The translations under genes were made by a program, and so were the position numbers. A stretch of DNA of 29,015 nt, from assembly GCA_022564515.1 (NCBI GenBank), contig JADFLH010000017.1, forward strand, positions 1-29,015, written 5' to 3'. Source of the DNA: Nitrososphaerota archaeon. GTDB taxonomy: Archaea; Thermoproteota; Nitrososphaeria; Nitrososphaerales; Nitrosopumilaceae. Of the stretch, positions 1-8,513 are shown piece after piece. The notes beneath the pieces were generated by a model. That model was not told the origin of the DNA and searched no databases. It was given only the letters and a program-made list of their open reading frames with translations. The stretch's first letter is position 1; every line of letters begins with the position of its first letter.

Positions 1-226
1 ACATATCAGACATCATTGGTTTTTCTCTCATCTCTGAACCCATCGTTGTATCCAACCACTTGGCAGTCATTTTGGGATTCTGAGACATCATCTGTTCAAA
101 CAATTCTTGATTTGCAAACTTCATAGTGTTGGGATTGTAAGTGGCTGACAAAATTGTAGAGGTAACACCTACTCCAATAAAGAAAACTGCAATAGTTATT
201 CCAATCCAAATAGCCTGTCTTGCCAT
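1..226 (-). CDS. hypothetical small membrane-anchored protein, N-terminal part (3' end runs off the window)
   Basis: Not in the ORF track because no stop lies in the window. Own translation from ATG at 226-224: MARQAIWIGITIAVFFIGVGVTSTILSATYNPNTMKFANQELFEQMMSQNPKM... The frame stays open to position 1. One N-terminal hydrophobic helix. TATA-like ctataat about 22-34 nt upstream. Confidence 0.45.
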   Translation of the reverse strand, partial: MARQAIWIGITIAVFFIGVGVTSTILSATYNPNTMKFANQELFEQMMSQNPKMTAKWLDTTMGSEMREKPMMSDM

Positions 227-277
227 ACTTATGCCCAGCTCAAATGACATATTATAGCATTTAACATATTTTCCAAA

Positions 278-299
278 TGATTTAGCGAAATTGAAATCT
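278..299 (-). promoter_or_regulatory. 22-nt promoter-proximal element, copy A (reads AGATTTCAATTTCGCTAAATCA on the gene strand)
   Basis: TGATTTAGCGAAATTGAAATCT matches 25150-25171 at 21/22 positions. Both copies lie 40-75 nt upstream of the start codon of a small minus-strand gene, just distal to a TATA-like box. Confidence 0.35.
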
Positions 300-439
300 C
301 TATTTAGACTTCATAAAATTAGTTCAAATCTCCACCGAATGGGGTTCGAATATGAAGGGTTCCATGTCAAAAACGATGCGAATCTTTTTGTGCGTAAAAT
401 TTTGTTTTGGATAATCCTGAATAGATTACCCAGATAGTT

Positions 440-458
440 AACAGTTCGTATCAAATGT
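440..458 (+). repeat. dispersed intergenic 19-mer, copy 1 (exact consensus AACAGTTCGTATCAAATGT)
   Basis: Exact 19/19. Flanked by tt...aaa. Lies in the 695-bp non-coding spacer 227-921. Confidence 0.85.
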
Positions 459-489
459 AAATCAAGATTCTTTTTCTAGAGATAGGACG

Positions 490-548
490 AGAATAAAGCC
501 AGAATCGAGCGATGATGGGGCAAACATATGCGGCTGTGACTTTATTCT
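490..548. other. inverted repeat / hairpin in a locally G+C-enriched patch (possible structured RNA)
   Basis: AGAATAAAG (490-498) is perfectly complementary to CTTTATTCT (540-548), with a 41-nt loop. It sits in the comparatively GC-rich stretch 482-595 of an otherwise very AT-rich spacer. Strand and function unknown. Confidence 0.25.
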
Positions 549-921
549 TCTATGTAATCTAACGCGGCTTGGAATAAAAGCAGGCTGGAAAATTACTTCA
601 AAATTGGTTACCAAATTGGAAAATAATTAATTATTTTTTCATTTTAGATAACTAGTAGTAGCTTATTTGCACATACAACTTCCCAAATCTCAGATTTGAA
701 GGTCAGATTACATCTAAAACACTTTCAAACCATTTTTAATACATTGAATAAAAGTAAATTTTAGATATAAAGATACTAAATGTTTTGTACAGTTTTTTCA
801 TTACATGAACATTACTTCTGAAAATCTGAAGTTTTTTTCATTTTTTATTTTTTCTCAAATTTTTTATGGCTAGATAAATGACAAGGATTTACATGATTAT
901 CATCTATTCTAAATTTGGAAA

Positions 922-1542
922 ATGACTAGCATTTTAGAGACGTTGAGCGAGTTTTCCTATATTGGAATTTTTGTTCTGCTAATTGGTGTCAATGCAGCTC
1001 CTCTCTTTATGCCACCCACTTGGATAATTTTGGCATCATTTTACGCATTGGAATCTGATTTAAATCCATTTTTTCTTGCTGTAGTAGGGGCCACAGGAGC
1101 AACCATCGGCAGATTTATTCTAAAACAAATTAGCAGTTTCTTTCGAAACCTTGTAGGAAAGGAACAAAAAACAAATCTCGACGCAATAGGAAATTTCCTA
1201 AATCATAAAAAGTATGGGTATGCTTTGGCTTCCTTCATTTTTGCAGCCACTCCGTTGCCAAGCAATATGTTATTTGTTGCATATGGCATGATGCGTGCCA
1301 AAAGTATTGGTCTTTACGTGGGATTCTGGTTGGGACGAATTGTATCATATTATATCATGATTACAATAAGCGGAGTTGTTCTTACCCCATTCTTAGAATT
1401 ATTTGAAGAAAAATATGTTGGAATCTTGGTTGCTGATGGGATTGGAGTAGCATCTGTAATTTTATTCACATCTATAAATTGGAGTTTATTACTAACACAA
1501 AGAAAATTAAAATTAGTTAGACCAAAACTTTGGCGGTTATAA
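922..1542 (+). CDS. DedA/VTT (SNARE-associated, PF09335-like) family membrane protein
   Basis: 206-aa ORF with several hydrophobic helices. GATGATIGRF and AATPLPSNML motifs resemble the DedA/TVP38 family. Family call is by eye. Confidence 0.6.
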   Translation: MTSILETLSEFSYIGIFVLLIGVNAAPLFMPPTWIILASFYALESDLNPFFLAVVGATGATIGRFILKQISSFFRNLVGKEQKTNLDAIGNFLNHKKYGYALASFIFAATPLPSNMLFVAYGMMRAKSIGLYVGFWLGRIVSYYIMITISGVVLTPFLELFEEKYVGILVADGIGVASVILFTSINWSLLLTQRKLKLVRPKLWRL

Positions 1543-1543
1543 G

Positions 1544-2164
1544 TTGGAAAAATTAAGGAAATTAAAAAATGAGGTAAAAAATAGTGTTCCAAATGATCCT
1601 GCACATGATTTTGAACACATAATGCGTGTTTACAAAAATGCAGAAAAATTAGCAAAAAAAGAAAATGCCAATACTAAACTTGTGTTATGTGCTGCCTTAT
1701 TGCATGATGTGGTATCATTTTCTAAATCCGATAAGCGTTCAAAAAAATCATCAATTAAAAGTTCAATCAAAGCAACAAAGATTCTAAAAAAATACAATTT
1801 TTCCAAAACTGAAATTAAAATTGTAAGCGATGCAATTAGAGAACACAGCTTTTCGCAAAATAAAACTCCAAAAACTTTAGAAGGAAAAATCCTTCAAGAT
1901 GCAGATAGACTTGATGCTATAGGATCTATAGGAATTGCAAGAGTATTTGCAGTTGCAGGATCTGATGGACGAGCATTTTATAATGAATTAGACCCATTTT
2001 GTGCTAGACGGAAACCAAATGATCAAAGGTGGACATTAGATCATTTTTACAGAAAACTATTGAAACTTGAAAAGTTAATGAACACAAAAGCAGCAAAAAC
2101 CGAGGCAAAAAGAAGAACAAAAATTCTACAAATCTATCTTACCGAACTGAAAAAGGAGCTTTAA
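1544..2164 (+). CDS. HD-domain metal-dependent phosphohydrolase
   Basis: AHDFEH...LLHDV...QDADRLDAIG are classic HD-superfamily motifs. TTG start 1 nt after the upstream stop. The first in-frame ATG would delete the first His motif, so the TTG start is favoured. Confidence 0.8.
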   Translation: MEKLRKLKNEVKNSVPNDPAHDFEHIMRVYKNAEKLAKKENANTKLVLCAALLHDVVSFSKSDKRSKKSSIKSSIKATKILKKYNFSKTEIKIVSDAIREHSFSQNKTPKTLEGKILQDADRLDAIGSIGIARVFAVAGSDGRAFYNELDPFCARRKPNDQRWTLDHFYRKLLKLEKLMNTKAAKTEAKRRTKILQIYLTELKKEL

Positions 2165-2472
2165 CCATAGTCTACATATCTGTCGTATCGCTTTTCAATC
2201 TCCTTATTGAGACCATTAGTGATTTGCTCAATCTCAGTTTTTTTTCTACTTTGAATGTACTTGTAAATTTCTTCCAATGCTTCATTGCCTGAAAGTGATT
2301 CAAAAAGAGGGTCAAGTAGTGATATGTATTCAATAACTTTATTCCTATATTCCTCTCTTGTGGGATTTTTTTTTCCATTAAACCTAAACCATGTTGTTGT
2401 CCATGTGGCACCAACCACGTGGGGAAGCAAATCAAAAGCACGTTCTATTTCAAACCTTTGATTTTCGTTCAT
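2161..2472 (-). CDS. hypothetical protein, last gene of the hemA-hemB operon
   Basis: 103-aa ORF. Its ATG overlaps the hemB stop (ATGA, 2469-2472). No recognisable family. Confidence 0.6.
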   Translation of the reverse strand: MNENQRFEIERAFDLLPHVVGATWTTTWFRFNGKKNPTREEYRNKVIEYISLLDPLFESLSGNEALEEIYKYIQSRKKTEIEQITNGLNKEIEKRYDRYVDYG

Positions 2473-3449
2473 AAATTCTCAAGCATTTTGGCTGCTGATT
2501 TTGCAAAATAAGTTACCATCATGTCTGCACCGGCCCTTTTAATGGCATATAATATCTCTAAAGCTACATCATTCTCTTGAATCCAACCCTGATTTGCTGC
2601 TGCTTTTACTAAGGCATATTCTCCTGAAACACTATATGCAGACAGAGGGACATTAAATCGTCTTTTTGTTTCAGCAATCACATCAAGGTAAGCAAGTGCA
2701 GGCTTGATCATAACAATATCAGTACCTTCTTTGATATCTGCCTCGATCTCTCTTATCGCTTCTCTTGGATTTGTATAGGGCACTTGGTAGCTTTTTCTAT
2801 CACCAAACTTTGGTGCACATTCAGCTGCATCACGGAAAGGAGAGTAAAATGAAGAATAGTGTTTTGCTGAATGAGACATGATCAAAACATCAGAATATCC
2901 TGCGTCATCTAATCCTAATCTAATCGCAAACACTTGACCATCCATCATTGCTGAAGGAGATACTACATCCACACCTGCTTTTGCTTGACTTAAGGCTATT
3001 TTTGTAAGAGTCTCTATACTAGAATCATTGTCAATTTTTTTGTCCTTGACCAATCCACAGTGCCCAGCTAATGTATATTGACAAAGACAGACATCTGCCA
3101 TGATGACCATTTTTTCACCATAGTTTTTTCGAATTTCAGAAATTGTCTTCTGCACAATTCCATTTTCATCAAAGGATGAAGAGCCCACATCATCCTTTTT
3201 TGAGGGTAAACCAAAAATCATCACTGCTGGAATATTCAAATCTGATATTGTTCCTACTTCATCTACAACTTCATCTACAGGAAGTCTTTCAATACCTGGC
3301 ATTGATTCTATTTTTTGACGAGTTTTCAAACCCTCTTGAATGAAAATTGGACAAATAAAATCCCTAGAAGAAAGTCTTGTTTCTTGTACTAACTCTCTCA
3401 TTTTTTCACTGATTCGTAATCTGCGAAGACGTCTTGTGGGAAAAGACAT
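2469..3449 (-). CDS. hemB: porphobilinogen synthase (delta-aminolevulinate dehydratase)
   Basis: DVCLCQYTLAGHCG (Cys-rich Zn site), SPSAMMDGQV, FYSPFRDAA, IVMIKPALAYLD (active-site Lys) and YSVSGEYA are HemB hallmarks. Confidence 0.95.
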   Translation of the reverse strand: MSFPTRRLRRLRISEKMRELVQETRLSSRDFICPIFIQEGLKTRQKIESMPGIERLPVDEVVDEVGTISDLNIPAVMIFGLPSKKDDVGSSSFDENGIVQKTISEIRKNYGEKMVIMADVCLCQYTLAGHCGLVKDKKIDNDSSIETLTKIALSQAKAGVDVVSPSAMMDGQVFAIRLGLDDAGYSDVLIMSHSAKHYSSFYSPFRDAAECAPKFGDRKSYQVPYTNPREAIREIEADIKEGTDIVMIKPALAYLDVIAETKRRFNVPLSAYSVSGEYALVKAAANQGWIQENDVALEILYAIKRAGADMMVTYFAKSAAKMLENL

Positions 3450-3479
3450 AGCAAAAATTCTATTCCAGTAAATATATTC

Positions 3480-4745
3480 CTAATCTGGGTATTCTTTTTT
3501 CTTGTAATCGAACAGTTTACTTGCGGCCTCTAGAATCTCTGGATTTCCTTGTTCTGAAGCTTTTCTAAGATTGTTCATTGGTTGAGATAAGATGCTCTCT
3601 ACAATCGCCTTTGTCAACTCATCAATTATCTTGATTTTTTCTACATCATCTTCCCCTAACATTCGTAATGCTTTTTTCAATTCTTTTTCCCTAAAAGAGT
3701 TAATGTTTTTGAAAACATCTTTTACAATTGGTTCAGCATCTAATCTATTCATCGAGGCTTCTAAAACTGGTAGTTCGTCGTTAATTATATTTTCAACGGT
3801 TTTCACTTTTGCCATTCTACTTTTCATGTTCTTATCTGCCAGCTCGGCTATCTGATCAAGATTCATGAGTTTTATTCCACTCACAGTGGAAACCTTCTCA
3901 TCCACTGTTCTAGGATTTGACAAATCCAAAATCATCATTCCTTTTTGATTTTCTTTCGTTGCATTCAATATTCTTTCATGGGTCACAAGAAAATAAGGAG
4001 CCGTGGTAGCAACAAACAACACATCATAGTTATGGAAACCAGATAACACCTCTTCAAATTTTACTGGAACCCCTCCCATTCGTTCACAAAATGCTTTTGA
4101 CCTTTCAAGTGTTCTGCTGGTAACAAAAAATGGATAGCCTCTTCTTATAAGAGATTTGGTGACAAGAGTTGAAATGTCTCCCGTACCTATTACCAAAATC
4201 TGTTTTGATTTTAATTCATCAATATTTTCTTCTACAAGTTTTACCGCCATAGAACCTATTGAAATACTACCTTTACTAATTCCTGTAGAATTTCTTATTC
4301 TGGTCCCAATGTGAACTGCCTTGTCAAATAAAGTGTTAAGATGTTGCCCTGAGGCTTTTGCAGCCCTTGCTTTTGTAATAGACGCCTTGATCTGTCCTAG
4401 AATTTGCTCTTCACCAATTACCATAGAGTCCAGTCCTGATGTTAATTTCAACAAATGATAGTATGCTTGGTTATTTTTGCTTAGTTTAAGATTTTCCTTG
4501 AAAGCATTTTCTTCTAAACCCACAAGAGAGGCCCATGTTTTTTTTATTTTCTCGATATTGAAATTTTTTCCTGCACCAAATAATTCAATACGGTTACAGG
4601 TTTGAACAATTACACATTCATCCAATCCAGAGTGTTCTTTAAACTGGGAATAAGCATTATCCATATCCCAGAAACTAAATTTCTCAAGAACATGGATGGG
4701 GCAATTGCGAAAAGTTACTCTTGCATTAATAATATCTTGATTCAC
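3480..4745 (-). CDS. hemA: glutamyl-tRNA reductase
   Basis: VQTCNRIELF catalytic-Cys motif and VIGTGDIS NADPH-binding motif. GTG start overlaps the sirC stop (GTGA), with GAGGAG 6-7 nt upstream. Confidence 0.93.
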   Translation of the reverse strand: MNQDIINARVTFRNCPIHVLEKFSFWDMDNAYSQFKEHSGLDECVIVQTCNRIELFGAGKNFNIEKIKKTWASLVGLEENAFKENLKLSKNNQAYYHLLKLTSGLDSMVIGEEQILGQIKASITKARAAKASGQHLNTLFDKAVHIGTRIRNSTGISKGSISIGSMAVKLVEENIDELKSKQILVIGTGDISTLVTKSLIRRGYPFFVTSRTLERSKAFCERMGGVPVKFEEVLSGFHNYDVLFVATTAPYFLVTHERILNATKENQKGMMILDLSNPRTVDEKVSTVSGIKLMNLDQIAELADKNMKSRMAKVKTVENIINDELPVLEASMNRLDAEPIVKDVFKNINSFREKELKKALRMLGEDDVEKIKIIDELTKAIVESILSQPMNNLRKASEQGNPEILEAASKLFDYKKKEYPD

Positions 4746-5395
4746 TTTTGTCTCCTCAACATCAACATTGCCCTATTCTGTGCTTTTTCAAGTTTTTCAT
4801 CTTTTATTAATTGTTTAATCTTCATATCATTTAAAACAGAATAGAGAAATTTTTTTCGTTCTTTTTGAGTTGAAATTTTTTCCTTCGCTGCGTTTCTTAC
4901 GATCTGCTGAAGTTTAATCTGATAAATCTCTTCTTTGTTTACAATTTTTTTGAATATTTTTTCAGCCTGTATTCTTAGCTTGCGAGCCATGGCAGGACTT
5001 TTTCCACCGGTAGATATTGCAATTTGAACCGTATCTTCTATGTTTATTACCGATGGATGAGAAAAATCACTTACTTTAGGATCATCTATTGCATAAACAT
5101 AGCATCTCATTTTTTTTGCTTTTTCTACAATTTTTCGGTTAAGTTGTTTATCATCAGTTGCTGCCATAACCAAAAATGGTTTGTATTTTGAAAGAAAACT
5201 GGTATTTTTTAGTTTGATTTTTTTGAAGCCAATCTTTTTTTCTTTTACGTATTTTGATAACTGAGTATTGATCTTATCGCTAATAACTAAGATTTTACAA
5301 TTCTGTGTAAGTAAAGAATTCACTTTTCTTAGACCCTCTGTACCTCCCCCTACGACAATTACTAAATTTTCCCTCAGGTTGAGATCCACAATCAA
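4742..5395 (-). CDS. sirC: precorrin-2 dehydrogenase / sirohydrochlorin ferrochelatase (CysG N-terminal / Met8-like)
   Basis: N-terminal Rossmann motif VVGGGTEGLRKV. About 217 aa. Located next to hemA/hemB. TTG start preceded by a GGAGG Shine-Dalgarno-like sequence. Confidence 0.8.
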   Translation of the reverse strand: MIVDLNLRENLVIVVGGGTEGLRKVNSLLTQNCKILVISDKINTQLSKYVKEKKIGFKKIKLKNTSFLSKYKPFLVMAATDDKQLNRKIVEKAKKMRCYVYAIDDPKVSDFSHPSVINIEDTVQIAISTGGKSPAMARKLRIQAEKIFKKIVNKEEIYQIKLQQIVRNAAKEKISTQKERKKFLYSVLNDMKIKQLIKDEKLEKAQNRAMLMLRRQK

Positions 5396-5402
5396 TGATC
5401 CG

Positions 5403-5407
5403 CCTCC
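5403..5407 (-). promoter_or_regulatory. Shine-Dalgarno-like GGAGG upstream of sirC
   Basis: The gene strand reads aaaGGAGGcggatcaTTG, giving a 7-nt spacing to the TTG at 5395. Confidence 0.5.
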
Positions 5408-5479
5408 TTTGAAATTCTATTTAAAATATTAACTCGTTTTATGAGATTAGAATATTTTTTTGACAGAAAAACTTGCAGA

Positions 5480-5809
5480 TTACTCAGGAAAATCTATCCT
5501 AAAGCCCTCACAATAAAAAATATACCTCTCACGAATTTCATCCTGTTCTTTTTGTGAAAATTGGTAGAACCAAGTAGCCTGTTGTAAATACCACCAAAAA
5601 TCTACGGCATCACAATTAGTATATCGTAATCTATGAAGAGTGGTTCCGTCTCCGTTTATTGTGTCAATATAAACATCAAAGGGTTCAGGAGATTTGCCTG
5701 GATTAATGTAACGTGAGATAAACTCGTAAAATGGGGCTTTTTCTTTTTGTGGTAGAGACTCTATTACAAAGCCAAAGTCAAAGAACTTTGATTTAATGCT
5801 GATCTCATA
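5480..5809 (-). pseudogene. 109-codon open frame with no ATG/GTG/TTG anywhere in frame (pseudogene or non-canonical start)
   Basis: Own codon-by-codon check of 5483-5809 between stops at 5810-5812 and 5480-5482. Translation: YEISIKSKFFDFGFVIESLPQKEKAPFYEFISRYINPGKSPEPFDVYIDTINGDGTTLHRLRYTNCDAVDFWWYLQQATWFYQFSQKEQDEIRERYIFYCEGFRIDFPE. An ATG at 5808-5806 lies one nucleotide out of frame and stops after 14 codons. Confidence 0.4.
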
Positions 5810-5838
5810 TTAAGAAATTACCAGATTTCAGGATTTCA

Positions 5839-5850
5839 TAACAATTGTTA
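5839..5850. repeat. perfect 12-bp palindrome TAACAATTGTTA
   Basis: Self-complementary. Lies 9 nt upstream of 19-mer copy 2 and uses the same TAACA/TGTTA arms as the dispersed element. Confidence 0.6.
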
Positions 5851-5859
5851 ATGCTCGAT

Positions 5860-5878
5860 AACAGTTCGTATCAAATGT
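5860..5878 (+). repeat. dispersed intergenic 19-mer, copy 2 (exact)
   Basis: 19/19. Lies in the divergent spacer between the start-less ORF (5809) and the AhbA/B-like gene (ATG at 5957). Confidence 0.85.
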
Positions 5879-5956
5879 TTGAAATTTTTGATAGTAGATT
5901 CAATGAATCACGCTACATTTTTAATTGAATACGTAAATTCTTTGATATTGGCTGTA

Positions 5957-6970
5957 ATGGATAATCTCGATAAAGAAATTCTTAACGAAATACAATGGGT
6001 ATTTCCCCTTGTACCACAACCATATCACGAAATTTCAAAAAAATTTAATATTTCAGTTGATGAGGTCAAAAAAAGACTAACTCGATTAAAACAAAATGGA
6101 ATACTAAGACAGCTTAGTGCAATTTTTGATACCAGAAAACTTGGATACAAGAGCTCATTGATAGCAGCGCAAATAGAATCTGGTAAACTTGAGAGTGTGG
6201 CTCTTCAAATAAATCGACATCCTGGTGTTAGTCATAATTATGAACGAAATCATCAGTTTAATCTTTGGTTTACTATAGCAGTTCCACCAGGTTCTGATCT
6301 AAAAACCGAAGTTGATAAATTTAAAAAAATTCCTGGAATTCTTAAAATTAGAATGTTGCCTACCATTAAACTCTTTAAAATTGGAGTAAAACTCGATATG
6401 GTAGAAGATAAAAAACATGAAATAGCGCCAACTGAAGAAAAGAAAGTTATTCGTAACGAAAAATTTGTTGCAACAGAAGAAGATAAAGAATTCATCCGTG
6501 AACTTCAAAAAGATTTGGAAATTATTGATAACCCATTTTTGAAGGCTGCCCAAAAACTTGGAATGACTGAAGAACAAATTTTTGAGAAGCTAAAAAATTA
6601 TGAGGAAATAGGTGTGATGAGAAGATTTGCTGCAATTCTAAGACATCGGGATGCAGGTTTTGTAGCAAATGGAATGATTGTATGGAAGGTTCCTGATGAA
6701 AGAATTTCTGAAGTTGGAGAAAAACTTGGCGCATTTCCACAGGTTAGTCACTGTTATCAGAGACCTGTTTATCCAGATTGGCCTTACAATGTTTTTTCCA
6801 TGATTCACTGCAAATCAGAAACTGAAGCAGCTGAGATGGCAAAAACAATTCAAAGTCAAATTAATGTAGACGAATACAAAATTCTATTTAGCGCTAAAGA
6901 ATTCAAAAAAATACGTGTAGAATACTTTGTTGAAAACGAGTTTACTTTAAAAGATAAAATTCCTGCTTAA
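5957..6970 (+). CDS. ahbAB: siroheme decarboxylase, fused AhbA/AhbB (NirD/L-like) with two Lrp/AsnC-type HTH modules
   Basis: Two tandem modules: LDKEILNEIQ...ISVDEVKKRLTRLKQNGILRQLSAIFDTRKLGY and DKEFIRELQ...GMTEEQIFEKLKNYEEIGVMRRFAAILRHRDAGF. Start placed at ATG 5957 (MDNLDKEIL). The track ORF begins at TTG 5879, which abuts the repeat at 5860-5878. Confidence 0.8.
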   Translation: MDNLDKEILNEIQWVFPLVPQPYHEISKKFNISVDEVKKRLTRLKQNGILRQLSAIFDTRKLGYKSSLIAAQIESGKLESVALQINRHPGVSHNYERNHQFNLWFTIAVPPGSDLKTEVDKFKKIPGILKIRMLPTIKLFKIGVKLDMVEDKKHEIAPTEEKKVIRNEKFVATEEDKEFIRELQKDLEIIDNPFLKAAQKLGMTEEQIFEKLKNYEEIGVMRRFAAILRHRDAGFVANGMIVWKVPDERISEVGEKLGAFPQVSHCYQRPVYPDWPYNVFSMIHCKSETEAAEMAKTIQSQINVDEYKILFSAKEFKKIRVEYFVENEFTLKDKIPA

Positions 6971-6972
6971 TT

Positions 6973-7971
6973 CTAGGCAGTTTGTGGTGTGGCTTTAAGC
7001 TCATATGGTGGCCAAGTATTATACAAATCATCAATTTCCTTCATGTCTGATGCATTCAAGTAGTTTCCATCAGACATCATGGCAAACTGTTCAACCTCTT
7101 GCTCACTAATTACTGTTGGAAAAACTGATGTAATTCCTTGTTTTGATAAGATGAATTTTATTGCTAGTTCAGTAATACTCAACCCATTACGTTCAGCTAT
7201 TGGTCTTAACTGTTCCACCTTCTTAATAGCTGCGTGTATCCATTCTCCTTTTCGTACTGAACGATGGTCTTTTTCATCTATCTTTGTTTTTTCATTAACT
7301 TTTCCAGTAAGTATTCCTGATGCATCAGGCACTCGAACAAGAATTCCCACATCTTTTTTGGAAGCATTTTCCAATAACTCGTTTCCTGGTGTTTGTTCTA
7401 AAATATTGTATACCGTTTGTACTGCGCTTATGTTTTCTCTCTCCATAACTTCCAAACCTTCTTGGGTCCATCCTATTGCTGGCCCTAGAGCAGCTTGGCA
7501 CGCTTTGATTTTTCCTTCTTCCATTAACCTGTCAAATGTTTGAAATATAGTATCATCTCGAATGTGGCGTAATTTTGGATTATGCAATCCATAAACATCA
7601 ACATGATCAGTCTGAAGTCGTTCTAAGCTATTGTTTAATGCTTGGTTTGTAAAGTCAGGATCAAATTTTTGTGGCAATTCACTATGTCCTATCTGTTGAG
7701 CACCTGCAAAATCGTAACCATATTTTGTTGATAAAACAATCTCATCGCGCATTCCCTTGAAAACCTCTCCAATCAGTTTTTCACTTTTACCTTTTCCATA
7801 CATGTCTGCTGTTTCAAAGAAATTAATCCCAACATCGTATGCTTTTTTCAACATTCTTTTTGCTTCATCTTCTTCGATTTTTTTACCCCACCATGCAAGA
7901 GCGATTGACCATGCTCCAAATCCTATTTCAGAAACCTTGATTCCACTTTTTCCAAGTCTTTTGTATTTCAA
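6973..7971 (-). CDS. aldo/keto reductase family oxidoreductase
   Basis: MKYKRLGKSGIKVSEIGFGAW N-terminus plus DTADMYG-like and LHNP motifs. TTG start overlaps the upstream stop (TTGA). Confidence 0.88.
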   Translation of the reverse strand: MKYKRLGKSGIKVSEIGFGAWSIALAWWGKKIEEDEAKRMLKKAYDVGINFFETADMYGKGKSEKLIGEVFKGMRDEIVLSTKYGYDFAGAQQIGHSELPQKFDPDFTNQALNNSLERLQTDHVDVYGLHNPKLRHIRDDTIFQTFDRLMEEGKIKACQAALGPAIGWTQEGLEVMERENISAVQTVYNILEQTPGNELLENASKKDVGILVRVPDASGILTGKVNEKTKIDEKDHRSVRKGEWIHAAIKKVEQLRPIAERNGLSITELAIKFILSKQGITSVFPTVISEQEVEQFAMMSDGNYLNASDMKEIDDLYNTWPPYELKATPQTA

Positions 7972-8513
7972 TTCATAACATCCCTAAACTTTTTTAATCT
8001 TGAGTTGATTTCAGAATCACTCAAAACTGATTCCCCATCTTCCGTGTCTGCATTTATGTCTATCCAAGATTTGCAACCATGATATTCCGACTTTAAAGGA
8101 ATTTCTATTTCAGGAATTTTGTATACTTTTAGAAAAATCACACTCATTGGTTTTTCTGGCATCCAATTTTGTCTTTCATTTATGTACGAATCACTCCAGA
8201 TATGAAAAGGAGATAGTGCCTTAATTTTATCTTCTGATGAAATTTCTAAATCAACGATGACTTCTGCATAGGATGAAATTTTGTTGTGACCTTTTTTTGG
8301 ATGATTATTCTTTACCTCGTTTAGATAATGCTGAAACTGTGGTTTGATATATGCAAGTTCTTGATGCTCAAATGTTGGAAACAAGAAAAATTTTTTTGAT
8401 TCTACTTTAAAGCCTGAAGCGGTTTCTAAGATGCCGCCCTTTCGTAAAAGTACAGATTGGTCTCCGTTCTCTAATGCTTTGACAACTGTTGCCCATTCTT
8501 TTAGAGATTCCAC
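7968..8513 (-). CDS. DUF1802 family protein
   Basis: LKEWATVVKALENGDQSVLLRKGGI...FFLFPTFEHQ resembles the DUF1802 N-terminal signature (by eye). GTG start overlaps the upstream TAG by 1 nt. Confidence 0.6.
   Translation of the reverse strand: MESLKEWATVVKALENGDQSVLLRKGGILETASGFKVESKKFFLFPTFEHQELAYIKPQFQHYLNEVKNNHPKKGHNKISSYAEVIVDLEISSEDKIKALSPFHIWSDSYINERQNWMPEKPMSVIFLKVYKIPEIEIPLKSEYHGCKSWIDINADTEDGESVLSDSEINSRLKKFRDVMN

Noticed and set aside
511-540. Possible C/D-box sRNA (ATGATG ... CTGTGA next to a terminal stem).
   Set aside because: Both boxes deviate from RUGAUGA/CUGA. The C-like box is not adjacent to the 5' stem arm. The spacing (~20 nt) leaves no room for guide plus C'/D' boxes.
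5765-5810. Programmed -1 frameshift joining ATG 5808 to the start-less frame.
   Set aside because: No X-XXY-YYZ slippery heptamer exists in the 14-codon ATG frame and there is no obvious downstream stimulatory structure. An indel or pseudogene is simpler.
7532-7546. 15-nt identity (TCAAATGTTTGAAAT) between the AKR coding region and the right flank of 19-mer copy 2 (5871-5885).
   Set aside because: It covers only the AT-rich right half plus flank, lacks the GTTCGTA core and lies in frame in a conserved gene. Chance is the likely explanation.
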